Of a stretch of 20,000 bases of DNA, positions 12,725 to 20,000 are shown in pieces. A model generated the notes under the pieces. The model had not been told where the DNA came from and ran no database searches. It worked only from the letters and a program-made list of their open reading frames with translations. The stretch lies in the IMG/VR virus record IMGVR_UViG_3300032897_000528. The stretch is one strand, 5' to 3'. This DNA is from an uncultured virus (IMG/VR IMGVR_UViG_3300032897_000528). Its lineage: Duplodnaviria; Heunggongvirae; Uroviricota; Caudoviricetes. The translations under genes and the position numbers were made by a program. Position 1 is the stretch's first letter, and each line of letters starts with the position of its first letter.

Positions 12725-13779
12725 CCACCGAGAGATGGGCAGCAGACGACGCCGCAAGATCTCCCATAGTGAGGCGAGCCGAACTGCTGCTCCAAGATCC
12801 TCACCTGCGCATAGAGAAGCGGAGGTCCGAGCTCAGGCAACAGCACGACGAGAGGATCTACGGCCCCCAAGGAGAGTCGCGATCGGAGATCATCACGAAG
12901 AGGGTCGAGCTCGTGCCCCTCGAACAGGTGCAGATCGACCCAAACTTCCCCAACATCCGCCTCGTGGCCACCGAGCAGGAGCTCGCCGAGCTCGCGGAGA
13001 GCATGAAATACGAGGGACTCAAGCAGCCCATCACCGTCCTCGCGTCGCCTCCTCCCGAGACGTGGCTGTGGCTGCGCGCCGGCTTCCGGCGCACTACCGC
13101 GGCCCGCCGGCTAGGCTGGCAGAAGATACCAGCCATCGTCCTGCCCCACGACACACCCGTCGTCGAAGAGTACTGGACCAACATCATAGAGAACTCCGCG
13201 CGGCAGCGACTCTCGACCTACGAGATCGCCCTCTCGGCGAAGACCATGCGCGACCGCTTCGGAGTTCGCCCGAGAGATTTTGCCCGCCGGGCAGGATATT
13301 CCGACTCCTACGTCGAAAATCTGCTGCGCTGCCTGGACCGACTGCCCGAAGAGATACTGCAGGAGTGGCGGAACCGAGCCCCGATCCCTCTCGACCTCTA
13401 CGTCCAGTGGTCAGCGCTGCGTCCCCCCGAGGCCGTCAAGATGATGCTCGCCTATTGCGGTCGCCACAAGAGCGTCACCAGCGGCTGGCAGCCTCCCCCC
13501 GAAGTCAAAGAGAAATACTTCCCCGCCAAGATGGCCTCGCAGCGAGGTCTCGCCCGCATGACCAAGCTGCGCTTCGCCCTCGAGGTTGCTCGCAAGCTGG
13601 ACCAGCCCACGCGCGAGATCTGCCTGCAGGTAGTCGACTTCTGCACTGGATCTCGCGACAACGTCCGCGACGTGTACGACGAGGGCAAGAAGCTGCGCAC
13701 CTACAAGAGCCGCACGAAAAATAGCGATCCCGAGTCCGCAGGAGCACCCGACCGAGAAGATGCCACCGCGAAAGATTGA
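12721..13779 (+). CDS. ParB/Spo0J-like protein (ParB N-terminal domain + HTH); start uncertain (CTG 12721 or GTG 12769)
   Basis: ELAESMKYEGLKQPITV, AGFRRTTA (GxRR), IIENSARQRLSTYEIA, and HTH FARRAGYSDSYVENLLR. The track start at 12361 overlaps the helicase and is not credible. Confidence 0.85.
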   Translation: MTTERWAADDAARSPIVRRAELLLQDPHLRIEKRRSELRQQHDERIYGPQGESRSEIITKRVELVPLEQVQIDPNFPNIRLVATEQELAELAESMKYEGLKQPITVLASPPPETWLWLRAGFRRTTAARRLGWQKIPAIVLPHDTPVVEEYWTNIIENSARQRLSTYEIALSAKTMRDRFGVRPRDFARRAGYSDSYVENLLRCLDRLPEEILQEWRNRAPIPLDLYVQWSALRPPEAVKMMLAYCGRHKSVTSGWQPPPEVKEKYFPAKMASQRGLARMTKLRFALEVARKLDQPTREICLQVVDFCTGSRDNVRDVYDEGKKLRTYKSRTKNSDPESAGAPDREDATAKD

Positions 13780-13820
13780 TCTGTATCCAAATTTATGCGA
13801 GCGTATGCGCTTCTCTGCCC

Positions 13821-14033
13821 ATGCCGCACATGCACCTCATACAGACCAAGGTGTCGAAAGAGACCTTAAAGGCGCTGGACGCGCTGGCCCGGGCAGTTGG
13901 ACACAAGCGCGCCGGTTACCTGCGGCACCTCGTAGAGGTCCACGTGCGAGCGATCGAGCCTAAGCTCCTGGCGTCGCTGTCCAAGACGAGACCCGACGTG
14001 CTCTCCCCCAAAAGGAGGCCTCGTGGACAATAG
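13821..14033 (+). CDS. Ribbon-helix-helix (CopG/Arc/MetJ-like) DNA-binding protein
   Basis: HLIQTKVSKETLKALDALARAVGHKRAGYLRHLVEVHV follows the beta-strand/helix/G-x-x-R/helix RHH pattern. Confidence 0.7.
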   Translation: MPHMHLIQTKVSKETLKALDALARAVGHKRAGYLRHLVEVHVRAIEPKLLASLSKTRPDVLSPKRRPRGQ

Positions 14034-14454
14034 TCGGCAGAAGATAGTGGAGAAGTACGCGAAGCTCATGAAGCTCGCTCGCGGCGCAGCCAACCAGCAC
14101 GAGTCTGAGAGCGCCCTAAAAGCCGCCCGCAAGCTCGCCTCCGACCACGGGCTGACGGAAACTGAGATCCAGTCTGGCCAGATGAGCGCAGCCTTCGACG
14201 ACCTGCTCGACATGGTAAAGAAGATCGTGACAGAGCACCCAGCCATACCAGTCGGACTGTTCGACACCGAGTCCATCGTCACCGACGTGCTCGGCAAGAT
14301 CAAGACCATCAACGACGTCGAGAAGGCGAAGAAGCTGCGCCAGGCAGCCATGATAGTGCGCACTGCCTCGCTCGTGGCGGGCGACAACCGGACGCTGCGA
14401 GAGATCAAGTCAGCCCTCGACACCGTCATCAAGAACCACGAGATCACAATCTGA
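14023..14454 (+). CDS. DUF2786-like N-terminal domain protein
   Basis: KIVEKYAKLMKLARGAANQHESESALKAARKLASDHGL matches the DUF2786 pattern (KI.KLL.LA....N.HEA..A...A..LM..YGL); AGGAGG SD. Confidence 0.7.
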   Translation: MDNSRQKIVEKYAKLMKLARGAANQHESESALKAARKLASDHGLTETEIQSGQMSAAFDDLLDMVKKIVTEHPAIPVGLFDTESIVTDVLGKIKTINDVEKAKKLRQAAMIVRTASLVAGDNRTLREIKSALDTVIKNHEITI

Positions 14455-14474
14455 AAACGGAGCAGAAACACCCC

Positions 14475-14825
14475 ATGAGCACCGAAACACCTGACCAACC
14501 CCTGGCGGAGCAGACCAAGCTGCAGCAGCAGCGACTCGCTCTCACTATCAAGACCGTCTGGGCGGCCCTCATCAAGCCCAACTGGACCTCCGACGAGCTC
14601 ATAGCGCTGGGCAAGGCCGTCTACTCCAAGCAGGCACTGGCCGCCATCGATGGTGCCCTGTTTCAGCGCATCTTCCCCCACCTGCAGAGCATCGGCACCG
14701 ACCTCCTCTCATTCTTTGACCAAGAGCGAGTGGAAGAGATGAAGCGCAAGCTCAACGAGACGCACGGCAAAGATTCAGCACCCCCCGCAGGACCCCGCAA
14801 GAAGGAAGACGACGATGCCGTCTGA
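14475..14825 (+). CDS. Hypothetical protein
   Basis: Coding-like composition in a tightly packed run of plus-strand genes. Confidence 0.7.
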   Translation: MSTETPDQPLAEQTKLQQQRLALTIKTVWAALIKPNWTSDELIALGKAVYSKQALAAIDGALFQRIFPHLQSIGTDLLSFFDQERVEEMKRKLNETHGKDSAPPAGPRKKEDDDAV

Positions 14826-15117
14826 CCGCGACGTCGTGATACCCATCTCTACCGGTAGCGTTATCGGAAGTGATCCCCTGCGGACCATCCAGGGAGGCGG
14901 CACCCGCATGGTGCCCATGGTCCCCGTGGGAGAGGGCCGCCTGCTCCCGTGCATCTGGAGATCGCACTCCGTCAAAGAAGGCGTAGACAACACCGGGCGT
15001 CCCATCCGCGTGCACGAGTGCCTGCTGCTGGTCGGGAGAGATCCACTCCTCACCCTGCGGGCCGAGGTCGACGTGGACGCCTGGAAGCAGTTCGGCAACG
15101 GCCCCGTCGAGTGGTAG
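14815..15117 (+). CDS. Hypothetical protein
   Basis: Short overlap with the upstream gene; AAGGA SD. Confidence 0.65.
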   Translation: MPSDRDVVIPISTGSVIGSDPLRTIQGGGTRMVPMVPVGEGRLLPCIWRSHSVKEGVDNTGRPIRVHECLLLVGRDPLLTLRAEVDVDAWKQFGNGPVEW

Positions 15118-15127
15118 GAGAAAAAAC

Positions 15128-15475
15128 ATGAAAATTTCCAGCCTGTTCGACCTCCTGACAGACGCCAAGGACGTGCTCGACGTCTTCGAGGGCGTCGAGA
15201 CTCGCGAGCAGATGGTGTCAGCTCTCGAGCGGCTCAAGCACCAGGACACCGAGTTGTTACTTGACTGTCTAACTAGCCTCTCCATGTCGGTCAACCGCGC
15301 CCTGAACGACACCATGGAGATGTCAGCCGTAGTCGACGACGAGCCGGACGACGACGGCGATCTCGAGACCGAGCTCGCTAAAATTGCAGAATCCGTCGCG
15401 ACGGATGACGGCAAAATGACAAATACGGGTGAGAAAACTCCCGACACTGATCCAAAAAAGGCCGTGCAGAGCTGA
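15128..15475 (+). CDS. Acidic hypothetical protein
   Basis: AGGAG SD; acidic stretch DDEPDDDGD. Confidence 0.7.
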   Translation: MKISSLFDLLTDAKDVLDVFEGVETREQMVSALERLKHQDTELLLDCLTSLSMSVNRALNDTMEMSAVVDDEPDDDGDLETELAKIAESVATDDGKMTNTGEKTPDTDPKKAVQS

Positions 15476-15483
15476 TCAGCGCG

Positions 15484-15492
15484 TGGTAGAAT
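15484..15492 (+). promoter_or_regulatory. Candidate extended -10 promoter (TG-G-TAGAAT)
   Basis: Intergenic, ~28 nt upstream of ATG 15521. Confidence 0.45.
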
Positions 15493-15520
15493 TGAGCTCA
15501 CCAGGTCAAAAGGTGGGCCC

Positions 15521-15772
15521 ATGGCGAACAAAATCGCACTAGCCCTCACACTCACGTGTAGAGAGCTTGAGAGAGATCCGGCACCAGCCGATTCTCTGTC
15601 GGTGGACTGCCGCGCCTGCGACCCAGACAACCCCCGCTCAGTGCCCCGCGAGAAATGCCGCGCCTGCCGCGGCACCGGCAGGGTGCCGACCGACCTAGGT
15701 CCCATCGTGGGCGAGCTCCACGCCTCCCGCCTTGAGCTCCTGCGAGGCGGCCGACGAGACGACGACGAGTAG
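15521..15772 (+). CDS. Small protein with DnaJ-type zinc-finger motif
   Basis: CRAC...CRACRGTG (CxxCxGxG); AAGGT SD. Confidence 0.65.
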   Translation: MANKIALALTLTCRELERDPAPADSLSVDCRACDPDNPRSVPREKCRACRGTGRVPTDLGPIVGELHASRLELLRGGRRDDDE

Positions 15773-15838
15773 GCACCGCGAACACCAGTAAATGATGCTC
15801 CCCACGAGTCGGCCCTCACCCCAAGCCGAACTCGATGT

Positions 15839-15881
15839 CAAAATAAAAAAACTTGCTCCTCGGAAGTAAGTGTCGTAAAGT
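15839..15881 (+). promoter_or_regulatory. sigma70-like promoter: A-tract UP element, TTGCTC-17-TAAAGT
   Basis: A-tract ~15839-15851, -35 at 15853-15858, -10 at 15876-15881, then GGAGGT SD and ATG 15906. Confidence 0.6.
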
Positions 15882-15905
15882 GAGCACTGAGCTGGAGGTT
15901 GACCG

Positions 15906-16100
15906 ATGGAGCGAAAACAAGAGAAGCGACGTGAGCTAGAAGCGATCTCCCCCGTCGAAACCCACGACAAGTGCGCCAGGCGGGGATGCAACAACCTCAA
16001 GTGGGAAGGCGAGGCGTTCTGCCTCACCTGCATCGCCCTCAAGCACGACGGTCCCGGCACCTCGTGCGACAACTTCCCGGCCCTGCGAGTCCCCACCTGA
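15906..16100 (+). CDS. Small Cys-rich hypothetical protein
   Basis: GGAGGT SD; CARRGC...FCLTC motifs. Confidence 0.6.
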   Translation: MERKQEKRRELEAISPVETHDKCARRGCNNLKWEGEAFCLTCIALKHDGPGTSCDNFPALRVPT

Positions 16101-16172
16101 TGCACCCTATTCCCCTGCTGAGCTACCTACCCACCGGTAACGACGACAGCCCTGCCGAGGAGGATATCGAAG

Positions 16173-16493
16173 ATGACGCCGACATCGAGTAACCACCTCT
16201 CAGTGACTGCGCAGCCCAACCTGCGCGATCTGCTCACGACAGCCTGCTCCAGTTGCGGCCTCGTCGTGAACTACGTAGTCATGCACCTGAGCGACAACGA
16301 GTCCGAGGTCACCGGCTTCGACGTCTACCACTACAACACCGATCTCTCCTTCGACGTCCTGATCAAGCTGTCCGAGCGCTTCCTCACGCGTGACATCAAC
16401 CTGTCCTGCGAAATGGGATGTGAAAGTGACCGCTCCCACGAATCCTGCATCGAGGTCAAGAGTATACCTCCCGAAGCCATGAGAGCATCGTGA
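16173..16493 (+). CDS. Hypothetical protein
   Basis: GAGGAGGA upstream; coding-like codon usage. Confidence 0.6.
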   Translation: MTPTSSNHLSVTAQPNLRDLLTTACSSCGLVVNYVVMHLSDNESEVTGFDVYHYNTDLSFDVLIKLSERFLTRDINLSCEMGCESDRSHESCIEVKSIPPEAMRAS

Positions 16494-16494
16494 C

Positions 16495-16710
16495 GTGAAG
16501 ACTTTCGCCATAGGATCTCCGTGCTCGCCCGAGGTCGCCGACTTCTACGACCGCGGCGTCCCCTACCAAGTCACCGGACTCCTCCGTTCCAGCGCCATCA
16601 GATCAGTCTTCCCGCTACCCCCCGCTCGCCTGAGTCGAATAGCCGTAAACGACGACGCTCTGATCCAGACCTTCGTGTCTCGCCAGAGTGTGCAGAACTA
16701 CGTCAACTAA
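16495..16710 (+). CDS. Small hypothetical protein
   Basis: GTG start 1 nt after the upstream stop; fills the gap. Confidence 0.5.
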   Translation: MKTFAIGSPCSPEVADFYDRGVPYQVTGLLRSSAIRSVFPLPPARLSRIAVNDDALIQTFVSRQSVQNYVN

Positions 16711-16728
16711 ACCAAAACAGGAGATCTC

Positions 16729-17013
16729 ATGAGAGCCGTCTGGATCAAACTCTGCGAAGGAACGTCGGCTATGGAAGTACCAGGAGGCGTGCTCGTCAGC
16801 TCCTGCATCGAAGGATCTCCGAACACCGACCTCAATGGTGAGACCAGCGGCGGCGAGAGCGTCGCCGTGTGCATGGCGTTCGTCCCCGGAGCTGGCATCG
16901 ACTGCTCCAAGATGGACGAGACAGGAGTGGGCGAGCTCAAGATCATAGGGAACGACGGCCAGCTGCGCGACTTCAAGCAATATGAACCAAGGCACCGACT
17001 ACAGGAAAAATAA
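16729..17013 (+). CDS. Hypothetical phage-type protein
   Basis: AGGAG SD; TSAMEVPGGVLV...MAFVPG beta-rich pattern. Confidence 0.65.
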   Translation: MRAVWIKLCEGTSAMEVPGGVLVSSCIEGSPNTDLNGETSGGESVAVCMAFVPGAGIDCSKMDETGVGELKIIGNDGQLRDFKQYEPRHRLQEK

Positions 17014-17029
17014 CCCGGAGACCGCACCC

Positions 17030-17617
17030 ATGAGACTAGCTCTACTGGCAGTCACTATGTCAGCTCTTTTCTCTTGCTCACTGGACCGCCACGGGATCAT
17101 CACCGTCCACCAGAACGCCGACGGAGGCCAGCCGATCTCGTGCGACGCCTCATCGACGAGTCCAGACTCCCTCCCTCCCGCCGAGCCTGACCTGGCACGA
17201 CCTGACACCACCCTCGGCTCAGAGAGACCGGACGCCGCGATCTCACTCGCTCCCGACAGCGCAGACGGTACCGCCGACCACCCGAGAAGACTCTTGCCAC
17301 CGAGAAGACGCGACGCCGGTCACCCCGCTGGCACCTCAGACACAGCGCCTGACTCCATGACAGTGATGACCGACTCCCAGTCGGACCAGAAGAGATCCAC
17401 CGACGCCCCCGCGTACCGCGACGCCCTCCCCGAAGCCGGCCAGGAGACACCTCGCGATACCGAACGAGAAGTGCCATACGACGCTCCCCCCGAGTCCAAG
17501 CCCGAGTGCCCCTCCTACTGCTCGGGTGGCTGCTACCTCGGGTGCGACGGCGAGGGCAAGTGCCGCTCGTGCGCCGTCTGCACCTGCTCGGGCGAGACGG
17601 GGATCTGCCACTGCTAA
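17030..17617 (+). CDS. Putative lipoprotein with Asp/Pro/Ala-rich linker and Cys-rich C-terminal domain
   Basis: MRLALLAVTMSALFSC signal peptide with lipobox-like LFS-C; GGAG SD; C-terminal CPSYCSGGCYLGCDGEGKCRSCAVCTCSGETGICHC. Confidence 0.65.
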   Translation: MRLALLAVTMSALFSCSLDRHGIITVHQNADGGQPISCDASSTSPDSLPPAEPDLARPDTTLGSERPDAAISLAPDSADGTADHPRRLLPPRRRDAGHPAGTSDTAPDSMTVMTDSQSDQKRSTDAPAYRDALPEAGQETPRDTEREVPYDAPPESKPECPSYCSGGCYLGCDGEGKCRSCAVCTCSGETGICHC

Positions 17618-17630
17618 AAGAGGAGCATTC

Positions 17631-17867
17631 ATGGGCTACGACAATCGAAGCAACATGATCAGGGTCGACTTCTTCAAGCCATCGGGCAAGTACTGCACCA
17701 CAGAGGCCGTCGACATGCTCTCGGCTCACGACGAACCCGACCTCGAAAGAGCTACTCTCACCTGCATCGAGAATCACCTGAAGGGACGCCTCCGCGGCAT
17801 GACCGCCGTCGTCCTCGAACCCTACCATATAAACCCCTACCCCCTCATGCTCAAGATACCAGAGTAG
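17631..17867 (+). CDS. Hypothetical phage-type protein (RVDFFKPSGKY...EPYH)
   Basis: GAGGAG SD before ATG 17631; the track start at 17526 overlaps the previous gene. Confidence 0.7.
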   Translation: MGYDNRSNMIRVDFFKPSGKYCTTEAVDMLSAHDEPDLERATLTCIENHLKGRLRGMTAVVLEPYHINPYPLMLKIPE

Positions 17868-17902
17868 GACCTGCACTCACTACCAGCCCGACAAGGAGAC
17901 AC

Positions 17903-18322
17903 ATGCTCGTCTCGATCGAACCACGACTCGCCCACAAAGAATCACGGGTATATTCTTTCTCCAGCTGCGGAGTGTGCGGATCACACAACAACACTAGTCA
18001 GCCGACCTGCCCCGTGATCGTGTGCCTCGCCTGCGGGTCACCCCTCTGTCTCTCGTACAGCTCGAATGGCAAGAGGTGCCCGATCTGCCTCGGCGGGATA
18101 CTGCCCGGCCAATCGGAGTGGCAAAACCCTTGTGACTACCGCGACTGCGGCAACCAAGCCGTCTTCGTCAATCACGGCAGGCGCTGCTGCCTGCAGCACA
18201 TCAAGACAGCACCACGATCTCGACCACTCCACGGACGACAGCTGACCGTGCAAGAATGGATCGAACACCGCCTGCAGATCCGTGACCGTTCATGGCACCG
18301 AGTCGCGACGATTGAAACATAA
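17903..18322 (+). CDS. Multi-CxxC zinc-binding protein
   Basis: AAGGAG SD; CGVC, CLAC, CPIC, CDYRDC and CCLQH motifs. Confidence 0.7.
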   Translation: MLVSIEPRLAHKESRVYSFSSCGVCGSHNNTSQPTCPVIVCLACGSPLCLSYSSNGKRCPICLGGILPGQSEWQNPCDYRDCGNQAVFVNHGRRCCLQHIKTAPRSRPLHGRQLTVQEWIEHRLQIRDRSWHRVATIET

Positions 18323-18354
18323 CTGTTACCGATCACTCGCGGAACACACTGCCC

Positions 18355-18720
18355 ATGCCACTCGACGAGAACCTCCCCCACGAGATCGCCCTCGCCGTCC
18401 GGCTCGCCCGCTTAAAGCAGCAGCAGGCCGACCGCTACCACGAGAGGGTCGCCCTCCTCGAGTCGAGACTGAGACCGCCCGACCCCTCCCTCAGAGATCC
18501 GCGCACCACCGACTCGGACTCGACATACCCGCGAGTCGTGGCGAGAGTCCTGCGCGACCTGGCCTTCGCAATGAGAGACCACCTCCGACAGGTAGGCTGC
18601 TGCGAGACCGACCGGATGCTCAACTACGTCGCCGAGGCCGAGCACACTGCCTACCTCCTCACGCGCGACACAGAAGACGACCACTCTCAGGATCCACTTA
18701 ACAGCTCGCCCGAGCCCTAG
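18355..18720 (+). CDS. Hypothetical helical protein
   Basis: Coding-like and helical; last gene before the terminator hairpin. Confidence 0.65.
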   Translation: MPLDENLPHEIALAVRLARLKQQQADRYHERVALLESRLRPPDPSLRDPRTTDSDSTYPRVVARVLRDLAFAMRDHLRQVGCCETDRMLNYVAEAEHTAYLLTRDTEDDHSQDPLNSSPEP

Positions 18721-18790
18721 CAACATGGAAGATTGACCGTCCAACTCCGCCGAGAGAGTCCCCCTGGAACGAGCACCCCAGGTCGGGACG

Positions 18791-18831
18791 GGTGATGGCC
18801 CTGGCACAACGACCCAGGGCCATCGCTTTAT
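18791..18831 (+). terminator. Rho-independent terminator
   Basis: GATGGCCCTGG (18794-18804) / CCAGGGCCATC (18814-18824) is a perfect 11-bp stem extendable by G-U pairs, with a 9-nt loop, followed by TTTAT. Confidence 0.7.
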
Positions 18832-18956
18832 GTGCCACCTCCGTGTAGACTGCCACCAAGAGCACCTGCTCTTAAAAGTGCAGCAACCTCGGGCCGCCGG
18901 CGGGAGCCATCAACCTCAGCGGGGCAACTCCCCCGGCCCCTGCGGTCCACACGACC

Positions 18957-20000
18957 ATGGGCACCTTCAGCGGCAACGCGTTCGACTCCGGCACCTTCGA
19001 CGTCTACGTGCCGCTGGGGTGGGACGTCGACACGGTTCCAAAACCCCGCCGCCGCCGACAGGTCATAAACCCCAACGCCCTGATATCACCGCCAGCTCCG
19101 CAGCGAGCTATCCCAATAGACCAGGCGACAACACCTGCCAATCGCCCGCCCCGCAGACACCCGGACCTGCCCGACCCCTACCGCACCCAGCAGCACTACC
19201 CAGCGAGCGACCAGACAGACTCTACCAAAGCTAGATCCCCGCGCCAGCAGCCGGAGCAGTGGGCCTCGTCGACTAACCGATCTGCGATCTCCCCCATCGC
19301 AGATCTAACCGCGCCACCAACTAGACAACTGCCCCGCAAGACCATCACCGCATGCGACGACGGTACTGCGAGCCCCTCTCACAGACCGATACCCGACGAG
19401 CACCAGTCGCTCCTCGACCGCCGCCAGAAACCAAGAAGTGCTGCTACCACAGACGACGTCCCTCCGCCCCCGCCCGTCAGGACAGTCTACGCCGGCGATG
19501 TCCCCACTCCCCGACGTCGACGAACCGCCAGCAACCTCCGCGTCGACTCGCCGGCCGCAGCGGTGTCCCCGCCTCGACTCGGACCCCCCGACCTGTCGAT
19601 GCGGCAGCCCTGGCAGAAGAAAAAACTCTCAGAGGCGCAGGCGTCAGCAGATCCGCCGCTCAACCTCCGAGTCATCCCGTCGCAACCCAACGACATCCGA
19701 CCGCGCGGCATCGCGAATCGTCCCTCCCAAGAAGTCTCTGCTGCCACCCCCCGACCGACCTCTCCCGCCGTGGAAGAGCCTCCGAAACCACACACCGCCA
19801 GGCGCGGCTCGAAGATCGCACCACCTGACGACGTGCCTGCCCGGAAGACTATCGTACAAGTCGACGGCGTGCGCGGAGCTGAGATCAGACCAAGACGTGC
19901 TCGAACGCCCACCGACACCGAGATCTCCACCGCAGAGACTCGCCCCTCCCCCTTCGTGCCCTCAGCTGACTTCCACCGTGCCAGGCGCACGACCAGAAAA
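18957..20000 (+). CDS. Long Pro/Arg/Ser/Thr-rich protein, 3'-truncated by the window edge (MGTFSGNAFDSGTFDVYVPLGWD...)
   Basis: Hand translation: 348 codons with no stop from ATG 18957 to the window end, and an upstream in-frame TAA at 18873. It is absent from the ORF track, presumably because it has no stop in the window. Confidence 0.6.
   Translation, partial: MGTFSGNAFDSGTFDVYVPLGWDVDTVPKPRRRRQVINPNALISPPAPQRAIPIDQATTPANRPPRRHPDLPDPYRTQQHYPASDQTDSTKARSPRQQPEQWASSTNRSAISPIADLTAPPTRQLPRKTITACDDGTASPSHRPIPDEHQSLLDRRQKPRSAATTDDVPPPPPVRTVYAGDVPTPRRRRTASNLRVDSPAAAVSPPRLGPPDLSMRQPWQKKKLSEAQASADPPLNLRVIPSQPNDIRPRGIANRPSQEVSAATPRPTSPAVEEPPKPHTARRGSKIAPPDDVPARKTIVQVDGVRGAEIRPRRARTPTDTEISTAETRPSPFVPSADFHRARRTTRK

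Noticed and set aside
18830..19990. Track ORFs 18830..19234, 18832..19068, 19352..19828, 19487..19990 and 19644..19859
   Set aside because: They have no motifs and are better explained as alternative frames of the single open frame 18957..>20000.

Overview
This GC-rich, gene-dense window reads as part of a bacterial virus or similar extrachromosomal element. No terminase, portal, tail, integrase, tRNA, rRNA or CRISPR sequence was recognised. It has two divergent arms meeting at an AT-rich bidirectional promoter region (~9784-9960). The left arm (minus strand) carries replication and transcription genes: an SSB-like protein, a wHTH-fused HerA/FtsK-type ATPase, a histone H1/Hc2-like pentapeptide-repeat protein with an unknown C-terminal domain, an SMR/DMT membrane protein, a UDG-superfamily enzyme, and a family B DNA polymerase with protein-primed (TPR1/TPR2-like) architecture. 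It ends in a compact cluster of an RNAP alpha-CTD-like protein, a FliA/WhiG-like sigma factor and a stand-alone Fis-type HTH. The right arm (plus strand) encodes an SNF2 helicase with a triple zinc-ribbon insertion, an orphan ParB, a ribbon-helix-helix protein, a DUF2786-like protein, many small Cys-rich proteins and a lipoprotein. After an intrinsic terminator, a long Pro/Arg-rich ORF missing from the ORF track runs off the window end. The most notable items are the pPolB-type replication module in an apparently large genome, the sigma/alpha-CTD/Fis transcription cassette and the zinc-ribbon-inserted SNF2. All family assignments come from motif recognition by eye; no searches were run.
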